The position numbers and the translations under genes are program-made. A stretch of DNA of 64,000 bases, taken from an uncultured Christensenella sp. (lineage in GTDB: Bacteria > Bacillota > Clostridia > Christensenellales > UBA1242). The stretch lies in assembly GCA_949282135.1 (NCBI GenBank), contig CASDOR010000027.1, forward strand, positions 24,608-88,607, written 5' to 3'. The notes under the pieces were generated by a model. It saw nothing but the letters and a program-made list of their open reading frames with translations. It did no database searches and had not been told where the DNA came from. Below are positions 55,814-64,000 of the stretch, one piece after another (position 1 is the stretch's first letter; the number at the start of each line of letters is the position of its first letter).

Positions 55814-57561
55814 TGTTTAAAACATCAAAATTATTTAAGGGCGAACTTAAAAAAGTTTTTTTTGGTCCAAGCATGATATTAATGGCTGGAATATTTTTAC
55901 TTGCTCTAGCATTGTTCCCTTCCCTATTTTCTCCTGTAGAAAAAAAATCTATTGCAACTGAAATAAATTTACCTACTACAAGTGTTACTCAGGCTAATGA
56001 CTCATTTACATCATACAAAAATGTTTATGAAGAAAATCTATATTTATTACAGGGTCAAATAGTAAATTTAATAGACTACAATGAAAATTTTAAAAACAAC
56101 TTATTAAGTTTGGCGGACGAATTATACGATTTGAGACTAGCATTTGCCAGTGCAGCAAACACAGCTAATATTAATGGTGAAAATGGGTGTTTTTCGTTAC
56201 ATATGAAGCTAATCTCAAAAGTAGATGAGATTAAAACTCTTTATAACTCATACGTAAACAACTACTTTGTACCACTAGTTTTAGTTGATGAAGATTTGGA
56301 TTTTCAGATAAACATGGAACTTGATTTATTAAACAATATTTTGACTGAAAATACAGATATAAGTGGCTCAATTGACTTTTATAATAGGCTAAATTTAACG
56401 CTCGATGAATATGGCAGCATAAGCAAAATTAGAAATTTATTGAATAAAATCAACTCATTGACATATTCAAGTACAAATTTAAATGAAATATTAAGTAAAT
56501 ACTCCACCTTAAAAGATAGTTATCTAGAAGAGACTTTATCTCAAATTAATAAATTAGTAAGTTTGAGTGCAAGTGATCCGAACGAAGACGCAAGTAGAGA
56601 AAATATAACTAATTTTGAAAATTTAGCAAAACAATACTTGTATACACTTGATTATTTGGGGACCGCAATAGAAAATTCGACACTGATAGAAATAGCAGAA
56701 CATTACAAAGATAGCTCACTTTCACGTTTTATAGGATTTGAAAATTTTAACTCATATAAGCTATCAGAAGAGCTCGTCAAGGTAGATTATTTTTTGACAA
56801 ATAATCTAATAGAAGACGAAGTGTCTAACGTGTTTATGTTTAATACAAACTCATCTTCGTCTACTAATGCTTTTGATTATATGTATTTTTCTATGGAGGT
56901 AATTAGCATATTTATTGTTGCGTTCACGGTTATTATTGGGGCTGGTATGATTTCTAAAGAATATAGTGACGGTACAATAAAACTTCTTGCAATTAGACCT
57001 TATAAAAGAAGTAAGATAATTTTTGCAAAGATATGTGCAACCTTATTTATTTCTTTCTTGTTTGTACTTATTGCTCTGATAATGTCTACCATAATTGGTA
57101 TAATTATTTACGGTATCTCATTCCCTACTATGCTAGTTGTGTTCAATGCAAGTGTCGCTTTTACCTTACCAGTATGGGTTGTATTTTTAATTTACCTCTT
57201 GTGTTTAATGATAAAAATTTCAATTTATGCATTACTTGCAATTGCTATATCTACAATTTTTAAATCATATGTTGTATCTGTTTGTGTAAGTAGTGGATTA
57301 TACCTATTAAATATTATTTTAACATTTATATCAAATGGTGCTAGCTGGTTAAAATTTAATCCTTTTGCTTCTCTAGATTTATTCAAATATTTTGGTGGAA
57401 GTTTTATCTCAACTTCAAACTCAAGTAATATAACAAGTTTGTTCTATTCCCCAGTTTTTGCGGATACAAACATATGGGTTTCAGTTTCAGTTATACTTAT
57501 ATTTACTGTTCTCTTAAATACCCTTATCTTCACAATCTTTAAAAAACGAGATATAACATAA
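55813..57561 (+). CDS. ABC-2 type permease with large extracytoplasmic domain
   Basis: 582 aa. Its start overlaps the ATPase stop (ATGA). One N-terminal TM, a ~330-aa soluble region, then about 5 TM helices of ABC-2 style. Confidence 0.65.
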   Translation: MFKTSKLFKGELKKVFFGPSMILMAGIFLLALALFPSLFSPVEKKSIATEINLPTTSVTQANDSFTSYKNVYEENLYLLQGQIVNLIDYNENFKNNLLSLADELYDLRLAFASAANTANINGENGCFSLHMKLISKVDEIKTLYNSYVNNYFVPLVLVDEDLDFQINMELDLLNNILTENTDISGSIDFYNRLNLTLDEYGSISKIRNLLNKINSLTYSSTNLNEILSKYSTLKDSYLEETLSQINKLVSLSASDPNEDASRENITNFENLAKQYLYTLDYLGTAIENSTLIEIAEHYKDSSLSRFIGFENFNSYKLSEELVKVDYFLTNNLIEDEVSNVFMFNTNSSSSTNAFDYMYFSMEVISIFIVAFTVIIGAGMISKEYSDGTIKLLAIRPYKRSKIIFAKICATLFISFLFVLIALIMSTIIGIIIYGISFPTMLVVFNASVAFTLPVWVVFLIYLLCLMIKISIYALLAIAISTIFKSYVVSVCVSSGLYLLNIILTFISNGASWLKFNPFASLDLFKYFGGSFISTSNSSNITSLFYSPVFADTNIWVSVSVILIFTVLLNTLIFTIFKKRDIT

Positions 57562-57601
57562 TTATATACGGAGAGTATCTAAATAATCTAGTTTTTAAAT
57601 A

Positions 57602-57640
57602 AAATGCACTACTAGGACTATGCCCTGTAGTGCATTTTTC
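57602..57640. terminator. Bidirectional hairpin between permease and rnhA
   Basis: 11-bp perfect stem AAATGCACTAC / GTAGTGCATTT with a 14-nt loop and flanking A/T runs. Confidence 0.6.
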
Positions 57641-57668
57641 ATCTATTTAAATTGGTCTAAATAAAAAT

Positions 57669-58112
57669 TTAAGTAACATTTAATTTTAGAATTTCATTTC
57701 TTGCTATCTTATCACATCGGTTATTTTTTTCATTATCTGCATGTCCTTTTACTTTTATAAATTCAACTTTATGTAGAGATAATAAATTTAGTAACTCATC
57801 CCATAAGTCTTTATTAAGGACTTCCTTTTTATTAGCAGTTTTCCAATTATTGACTTGCCATGTATTAAGCCAATTATTATTTATAGCATTACAAACATAG
57901 GCTGAGTCACTGTATAATTTAACATGACATTTTTCTTTGAGTGCTTTTAGTGATACAATTACAGCCAATAATTCCATACGATTATTGGTTGTATTCTTTT
58001 CGCCTCCGGAAATGACTTTTTCTTTTCCATTAAATTCAAGTATAGCACAATATCCTCCAGGGCCAGGATTGCCAGAGCAAGCCCCATCAGTGTAAATTTC
58101 TACTTCTTTCAT
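57669..58112 (-). CDS. rnhA: Ribonuclease HI
   Basis: 147 aa with EIYTDGACSGNPGPGGY, NNRMEL and HADNEKNNRCDKIA (DEDD catalytic pattern). Confidence 0.92.
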   Translation of the reverse strand: MKEVEIYTDGACSGNPGPGGYCAILEFNGKEKVISGGEKNTTNNRMELLAVIVSLKALKEKCHVKLYSDSAYVCNAINNNWLNTWQVNNWKTANKKEVLNKDLWDELLNLLSLHKVEFIKVKGHADNEKNNRCDKIARNEILKLNVT

Positions 58113-58231
58113 AGTTTAATTATACCTTAAATTCAGAAAAATAAGCAAATTTTTTACAGCAAAAATTCTTTTAAAATACTAGTTTTTTTATAAAAGCACA
58201 ACAAAAAAATAGGCTTCAACCTATTTTATTA

Positions 58232-58305
58232 TGGCAGGGGAAGAGGGATTCGAACCCCCATCGATGGTTTTGGAGACCATAGCTCTACCATTGAACTATT
58301 CCCCT
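58232..58305 (-). tRNA. tRNA-Trp (anticodon CCA), CCA end encoded
   Basis: Manual cloverleaf of the 74-nt reverse complement: AGGGGAA-TA-GTTC-AATGGTA-GAGC-T-ATGGT-CTCCAAA-ACCAT-CGAT-GGGGG-TTCGAAT-CCCTC-TTCCCCT-G-CCA. A hairpin plus T-run follows at about 58204-58228. Confidence 0.85.
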
Positions 58306-58370
58306 TTATTTTTAGAGCATTATTATTTTACAATAATGCCCCAATATTGTCAATTATTAATAAATACTTT

Positions 58371-59924
58371 TTATTTTGCAACGTCAGAAGCTCTAGTTTC
58401 TCGTATAACATTTACCTTAATTTGACCAGGATATTGCAACTCGTTTTCAATCTTTCTTGCTATATCTTTTGCTAGGAAAACAATTGCACTATCGCTTACT
58501 TCATTTGGCTTAACAATTATTCTTATTTCTCTACCTGCTTGAATTGCATACGACTTGTCAACTCCCTTAAAACTATTTGCAATTTTTTCAAGATTTTCAA
58601 GTCTTTTAATATACGCATCAAGTAACTCTCTTCTAGCACCTGGTCTACTACTAGATATTGCATCAGCAGTTTGTACAATAATTGCTTCAAGAGAATGGAA
58701 TTCTACGTCTCCGTGATGAGCCTCAATACAATGAATCACTTCTTGAGATTCTTTATATTTTCTAGCAATGTCAACTCCTATTGAAACGTGTGTTCCCTCT
58801 TGTTCTTGGTCTAGAGCCTTACCAATATCATGAAGCAAACCGCCACGTTTTGCAATTTTTGCATTTGCACCAAGTTCTTCTGCAAGAAGTCCTGCCAAAT
58901 GACAAACTTCCAAACTATGCTTTAAAACATTTTGTCCATAACTTGTCCTAAACTTAAGTCTACCAAGTATCTTAACAAGCTCTGGGTGAAGCCCTATAAT
59001 ACCTGCCTCATAAACTGCATTTTCACCAGCTTCTTTAACCATTGCGTCAACATCTTTTTGTGCTTTTTCAACTATTTCTTCAATACGTGCAGGATGAATT
59101 CTCCCATCAAGTATTAATTTTTCTAGTGCAACCCTTGCTATTTCTCTTCTATATGGGTCAAACGCTGAAAGAACAACTGCCTCTGGGGTGTCATCTATTA
59201 TAAGGTCAACACCTGTTGCGTTTTCTATAGCACGTATATTTCTTCCTTCCCTACCTATAATTCTGCCCTTCAATTCATCATTTGGAAGTGGTACAACAGT
59301 AACTGTAATTTCAGATGTTATATTCGTAGCACACCTTTGTACAGCAAGAGTTAAAACTTCCCTTGCCTTTTTCTCTGCTGTCTCTACTGCCTCATCTTCC
59401 ATTTTTCTCACCAAGCTAGCACAATCGTGTTTTGCTTGCTCAACAAACATATCGGTAAGTTGTTTTTTTGCTTCTTCTTTTGTCATGCCAGAAGCTTTTT
59501 CAAGAGCCAAAGCAACTTTTTCGTTAGCTTTATCTAGTTCTTCCTGAGCCCTTTCTAATTCAATTTCTTTTTCTTTTACCTGATTAAATGTTGTGTCTAA
59601 TGTTTCCGATCTCTTATCTAGAGCTTCTTCTTTTCGTGTGAGTGATTCTTCTTTTAGTAGTAAACGACTTTCTGATTTTGAAATTTCATTATAACGTTCT
59701 GCAATTTCGGCATCGCATTTTTCTTTTAAATTATGGATTTCTTCTTTTGCCTCTAATATTGCTTCTTTTTTTGCTGTTTTTGCCTCAGCATAGGCATTTT
59801 CTAGTATTTTAGCTGCATTGCTTCTTGACTGAGATGATTTTCTTGAGATTAGTAAAACTGTTAATCCAGCACCACCACCTAAACATAGAACACAAGCAAC
59901 TAAAAGCCATACAAAATGTATCAT
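58371..59924 (-). CDS. rny: Ribonuclease Y
   Basis: 517 aa with an N-terminal TM anchor, a coiled coil, a KH domain ([13 protein letters not shown]) and an HD domain (LLHDIGKA). Confidence 0.95.
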   Translation of the reverse strand: MIHFVWLLVACVLCLGGGAGLTVLLISRKSSQSRSNAAKILENAYAEAKTAKKEAILEAKEEIHNLKEKCDAEIAERYNEISKSESRLLLKEESLTRKEEALDKRSETLDTTFNQVKEKEIELERAQEELDKANEKVALALEKASGMTKEEAKKQLTDMFVEQAKHDCASLVRKMEDEAVETAEKKAREVLTLAVQRCATNITSEITVTVVPLPNDELKGRIIGREGRNIRAIENATGVDLIIDDTPEAVVLSAFDPYRREIARVALEKLILDGRIHPARIEEIVEKAQKDVDAMVKEAGENAVYEAGIIGLHPELVKILGRLKFRTSYGQNVLKHSLEVCHLAGLLAEELGANAKIAKRGGLLHDIGKALDQEQEGTHVSIGVDIARKYKESQEVIHCIEAHHGDVEFHSLEAIIVQTADAISSSRPGARRELLDAYIKRLENLEKIANSFKGVDKSYAIQAGREIRIIVKPNEVSDSAIVFLAKDIARKIENELQYPGQIKVNVIRETRASDVAK

Positions 59925-59997
59925 TTAGTTACTCTTCCTTTTTTTAAATTATCAAAATTCAATAAGAATTAATATACTTATATATTTGACTATAATT

Positions 59998-60026
59998 AGT
60001 TTAACAATATAAAAAGGCATTGTCAA
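59998..60026 (-). promoter_or_regulatory. Sigma-A type promoter upstream of rny
   Basis: On the minus strand, TTGACA (60026-60021), a 17-nt spacer, then TAAACT (60003-59998). Confidence 0.45.
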
Positions 60027-60242
60027 CCAAATTAGTTTTAACAATAAAAAAACTCCTAGAAAATAGGAATTTTTTAAGTCATGTATTTTAGAATATTCTT
60101 AAATAAAAAAAGTTATTTTATTTTTGCAATTGTTTATCTTTATTTAGAATTTAGTATCAGCTAAAGCTTAGTAACAATTAGAATAGACAATTTTACTAGA
60201 GGTTGTCTTTATTGACACAGCAAAGTAAAAAATTAAGTATAT

Positions 60243-61400
60243 TTACCTAATATGTAAAATCTCAATATTATCAATAGCCTCTTTAATTAAAAGTTCTCTA
60301 TCAAGTTCTTTTTCATTCTTTTCTACTCTATCAAGTTTTGGATGAGTGACTGGTTTTTTTGGTAAAAACACACTGCAACAATCTTCGTATGGAAGAATGG
60401 AAGTATCATAAGTGCCAATTTTCTCAGCAATTTTTGAGATTTCAACTTTATCAAAGGCAATTAGCGGTCTAAAAATTACTAGGTCTTTAGCCATTTTATT
60501 TGTCGAGGTTATTCCTTCAACAGTTTGGCTTGCAACTTGTGCAAGATTTTCGCCAGTAATTAAAGAATTACAATTATTTGTCTTTGCGACACGTTCTGCA
60601 ATGTCCATCATAAACCTTCTTACAATGGTAACCATATACTCATCATCGCATTTTTTATGAATTTCCTCTTGAATTTTGGTGAATGGAACAATATACAAGT
60701 TTATGTCTCCGGTGTATTTTTTTATAATATTTGCTAAATCAATAACCTTTTGCTTTGCTTGTTCACTCGTGTAAGGATAACTATGAAAATGTATTGCATT
60801 TATTTTTAGTCCTCTTTTTGCCATTAGGAATCCTGCCACTGGACTATCAATACCCCCGCTGAGTAGAAGCATTGACTCTCCTGCAGTGCCTACAGGCATA
60901 CCCCCAAGACATTCAATTTTATCGTAAAAAATGTATGTTTTTCCGTTTTGCCTAATATCAACATGCACAACTTTTTTAGGATTATGCACATCAACAGAAA
61001 TTGTAGGATTTTGTTCAAGTAGTAGATGCCCTAGTTCTCTTGCTAATTCCATAGAATTCATTGGAAATTTTTTATCTGCCCTATTAACCTCAACCTTAAA
61101 TGTGGTATTATCTAACGTTATTTCTTTCATGATTTGATAAATAGCTTCAACTTTAGAATCTATCTCATAAGCAATGCTTATAGATACAATTCCAAATATA
61201 TGCTTAATAGCATCTATTATTTCTTCTTTTTGATTTGGAGAAAAATCACTAACAATAAACCTTCCTTCAGTTCTTACTACTTTAAGGTTAAAATTTTTTA
61301 ATCTCCAAACAATGTTTTTATAAAGGGTATTTTCAAAATAAAAGTAATTTTTCCCTTTTAAAAAAATCTCTCCAAATCTAATAAGTATTACTTCTTTCAT
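60243..61400 (-). CDS. thiI: tRNA 4-thiouridine synthase ThiI
   Basis: 385 aa. IRFGEIFLKGKN start, a THUMP domain and PP-loop SGGIDSPVA. Confidence 0.93.
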   Translation of the reverse strand: MKEVILIRFGEIFLKGKNYFYFENTLYKNIVWRLKNFNLKVVRTEGRFIVSDFSPNQKEEIIDAIKHIFGIVSISIAYEIDSKVEAIYQIMKEITLDNTTFKVEVNRADKKFPMNSMELARELGHLLLEQNPTISVDVHNPKKVVHVDIRQNGKTYIFYDKIECLGGMPVGTAGESMLLLSGGIDSPVAGFLMAKRGLKINAIHFHSYPYTSEQAKQKVIDLANIIKKYTGDINLYIVPFTKIQEEIHKKCDDEYMVTIVRRFMMDIAERVAKTNNCNSLITGENLAQVASQTVEGITSTNKMAKDLVIFRPLIAFDKVEISKIAEKIGTYDTSILPYEDCCSVFLPKKPVTHPKLDRVEKNEKELDRELLIKEAIDNIEILHIR

Positions 61401-61411
61401 CTTTTTCCCCT

Positions 61412-62545
61412 TTATGCGTTTATATTTGCTAAGTAGTATTTAAGCTCTGAAATCAAATTGTCGATTTCTGATTTTGCGTTGCTGGCACAAAAACTTATTC
61501 TAATTGCACCTAAAATCTGTTTTTGTGTATACTTCATGTTCTCTAAAACTCTATTTCCTACTTTACTTGATGAGCAAGCAGAACCTGTTCCTACAAGAAT
61601 ATTTTTTGAGTCAAGATATCTCATGATTGTTTCTCCTCTATTCCCTTCAAAGAAAAGGCTAACAATGTAAGGAGAGTAAGTCTTATCTGAAACTATGTGA
61701 AGATTTTTAAAATTCAAATTATTTAGTTGCTCTAATAAATATTCTTTTAAACCTAACACCTTAGTATAATTTTCTTGCATATTTTCAAATGAAATTTGAG
61801 TTGCTTTAAGAAAAGATATAATGCCTGGATAGTTAATTGTCCCTGACCTCAAATTAAACTCTTGTCCACCACCATAATTTATGTTTTTTAGTCTAGTACC
61901 TTTTGAAATATATAGAGCTCCAACCCCTTTTAAACCATGAATTTTGTGCCCAGACATAGACAATAAATTTATTTTACATTTCTTTACATTTAAATCTATT
62001 TTGCCAAAGCCTTGAACTGCATCGACATGAAAAACACTATTTGGTGACTTTTTATCAATTATGTTTCTTATTTTCTCTAAATCATTTATTGCCCCTGTTT
62101 CATTATTTACACTCATAATTGAAACAAAACAAACATTTTCATCACACTTGCTTTCTAAATCAGCATAATCAATTTGCCCATTTTTTTGTAAATTAATAAG
62201 TTGGACATTATATCCCCTATTTTTGAGTTCCATTGCAGAATTAAAAACTGCAGGATGCTCTCCTACTGAAAATAGATATTTTTTGTTTTTATTAAAGCAA
62301 GAACCAAATATGGCAAGATTGTCAGACTCTGTTGCCCCTGATGTAAAAATAATGTTGTCATTGTCAATATCTCCACCTAAAAACCTAATTATAGTTTTTC
62401 TAGCAGCGGATAAATCTTTAAACAAATTAAAGGCAGGATGATAAGTGGCACTTGGATTATAAAAACTTTCAATGCAAGTTTTTTTGTAGGTATCAACAAC
62501 TTCCTTGTATGGTAAAGTTGTTGCGGCATTGTCAAAATAAATCAC
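61412..62545 (-). CDS. Cysteine desulfurase (NifS/IscS class V aminotransferase)
   Basis: 377 aa with IYFDNAATT, a PLP-Lys motif SGHKIHGLKGVGALY and active-site GSACSS. It is paired with thiI, as is typical in Bacillota. Confidence 0.9.
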   Translation of the reverse strand: MIYFDNAATTLPYKEVVDTYKKTCIESFYNPSATYHPAFNLFKDLSAARKTIIRFLGGDIDNDNIIFTSGATESDNLAIFGSCFNKNKKYLFSVGEHPAVFNSAMELKNRGYNVQLINLQKNGQIDYADLESKCDENVCFVSIMSVNNETGAINDLEKIRNIIDKKSPNSVFHVDAVQGFGKIDLNVKKCKINLLSMSGHKIHGLKGVGALYISKGTRLKNINYGGGQEFNLRSGTINYPGIISFLKATQISFENMQENYTKVLGLKEYLLEQLNNLNFKNLHIVSDKTYSPYIVSLFFEGNRGETIMRYLDSKNILVGTGSACSSSKVGNRVLENMKYTQKQILGAIRISFCASNAKSEIDNLISELKYYLANINA

Positions 62546-62590
62546 GATTTTACCCCTTTTTTAAACTAAAATCAAGCCAAACGACATTTA

Positions 62591-64000
62591 TTAAAGTTTA
62601 AGTTCAATACCATTTTGTTTAAACTTATTAATAACACTGGTATGGAATTTATCAATATCTTCACTAGTAAGAGTTCTATTCATTGAAGTCACCTCATAGT
62701 GAAGTGTGTAGCTTTTTGTATTGTCTTTATTTTCAAAAATATCAAGTAATGACACACTATATGTGAGCTTTGTATTAATGTCTTTTGCGAGTCCAATTAT
62801 ATCTTTATATAGATAGTTTTGTGGAATAATGAAGTTAAAATCAAGTTTTGTAACTGGGAATTTACTTATTTTTTCAAACTTGACCTCTAATTCTTTAAGG
62901 TTTACTAGTTCTGAAAAATTGATTTCAAAGCCTACAACGTCACTTCCCTTTTCTATTAGGTCACAAGTAGTTGGATGAATCATAAATAGGTCGCCAACCT
63001 CTTGTCCATTTGCAAGTATTTTATAATAATTTTTTGGATGGTAATATGGTGTGTTTGGCTCTGACAACTCTAGTGTCAAATCAACCTTTGCTATATAATT
63101 CATAATATAATCTAAGATTTCTTTTACATTTAATAAATCTTTTTGAGTATTTGCATTTTTATTATATAGTAAAACTCCTAAACTTTTTGTCTCATTAACT
63201 AATTTATCTTCTCTTAAACTTTTGACAACTCTACCTATTTCGAATGTACCAAATTCATTACTATACCCTTTGTTTTCAAAAATTACTTTAAGAAGGCTTG
63301 GTATAATGGTACTCCTTATTTGGCTATTATCTTTACTGATTGAATTAATACAACTTATTACACTACTAGGTTGTATTTTAAGTAAATTATTTGTATTTAC
63401 ATCATACCAAATGTAAGAGTGTGTCTCACATAGGTTAAAGCGGTCAGCAAGAGAATATTTAATGTCATAATCAAGTTTTATATTTCTATCTAACGCCACT
63501 GGTTTTACTATTTGATTTATAGATTTTGGCGTAATGTTATCATATCCATAAATCCTTGTAATTTCTTCCACAAGGTCAGCTTTACCATTTATGTCTTTGG
63601 TAGCCCTAAAGGATGGAACAGAAAATTTATACACTCCATCTTTATTATAGATTAAATTAAACTCAAGACTTGTAAGTATTTTTAAAATGGTTTCTTCTGG
63701 AATACTAATACCGACATATTTATCAATAAACTCTTTTGAAATCTCAATTTCTAGTTTTGGATATTTTTTGTTATATACGTCACAAATTTGCGAAGAAATA
63801 GTTGCTGATTTATCAAATTCTTTAACGAGTCTTATGTATCTAAGTAGTGCAATTTTTGTAAGTTCAGGATCAAGTGATTTTTCGTACCTACTACTTGCTT
63901 CTGTTCTAAGACCGAGAGAAATAGCAGTTGTACGTACCTTATACGAATCAAAGTTAGCAGATTCTATTAATACACTTGTAGTGTTGTCTGTTATTTCACT
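62591..64000 (-). CDS. pheT: Phenylalanyl-tRNA synthetase beta subunit, C-terminal ~470 codons (5' end beyond window)
   Basis: I checked that the frame stays open from 63634 to the window end (..ESANFDSYKVRTTAISLGLRTEASSRYEKSLDPEL..). It has B5, B3_4-adjacent and FDX-ACB-like C-terminal regions. The GTG at 63634 in the ORF track is internal. Confidence 0.9.
   Translation of the reverse strand, partial: SEITDNTTSVLIESANFDSYKVRTTAISLGLRTEASSRYEKSLDPELTKIALLRYIRLVKEFDKSATISSQICDVYNKKYPKLEIEISKEFIDKYVGISIPEETILKILTSLEFNLIYNKDGVYKFSVPSFRATKDINGKADLVEEITRIYGYDNITPKSINQIVKPVALDRNIKLDYDIKYSLADRFNLCETHSYIWYDVNTNNLLKIQPSSVISCINSISKDNSQIRSTIIPSLLKVIFENKGYSNEFGTFEIGRVVKSLREDKLVNETKSLGVLLYNKNANTQKDLLNVKEILDYIMNYIAKVDLTLELSEPNTPYYHPKNYYKILANGQEVGDLFMIHPTTCDLIEKGSDVVGFEINFSELVNLKELEVKFEKISKFPVTKLDFNFIIPQNYLYKDIIGLAKDINTKLTYSVSLLDIFENKDNTKSYTLHYEVTSMNRTLTSEDIDKFHTSVINKFKQNGIELKL

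Noticed and set aside
58231-58425. 64-aa plus-strand ORF
   Set aside because: It is the antisense reading of tRNA-Trp (58232-58305) and runs into the rny 3' end. It has no SD.

Overview
AT-rich chromosomal segment with a Bacillota (Firmicutes) gene set and endospore-lineage markers (recN-spoIVB-spo0A-like synteny, YlbJ-like protein, S11 carboxypeptidase, class A PBP). Most of the window is densely packed housekeeping: xseAB, proS, argR, recN, scpAB, miaB-mutS-mutL-miaA, aspS, fhs, pta-ackA, glyQS, lexA, serS, rnhA, rny, thiI, pheT and three tRNAs. The one clear accessory element is a ~5.2-kb Microviridae (ssDNA phage) prophage at about 46980-52194. All its genes are on the minus strand and it is visibly more G+C-rich than its flanks. 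It is bracketed by a perfect 18-bp direct repeat. The two junctions look like the products of Xer/dif-type recombination: a perfect 12-6-12 palindromic core at the left junction and a half-degenerate copy at the right. The element has no integrase; it carries a small ribbon-helix-helix gene with its own consensus promoter, and a cluster of tiny ORFs including a membrane protein and a very basic peptide. A 14-nt motif (GTACTATGCAAACT) is repeated beside the insertion site, once inside the phage and once elsewhere. Other second-look items: a Spo0A-like protein whose receiver domain lacks the phospho-acceptor residues, a tandem-repeat ThyX-like protein, a degenerate nucleotidyltransferase-like gene next to the insertion site, and a membrane-anchored PadR regulator with an ABC transporter. 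No CRISPR array, rRNA, transposase or riboswitch was recognised. All homology statements rest on motif recognition by eye and need database confirmation.
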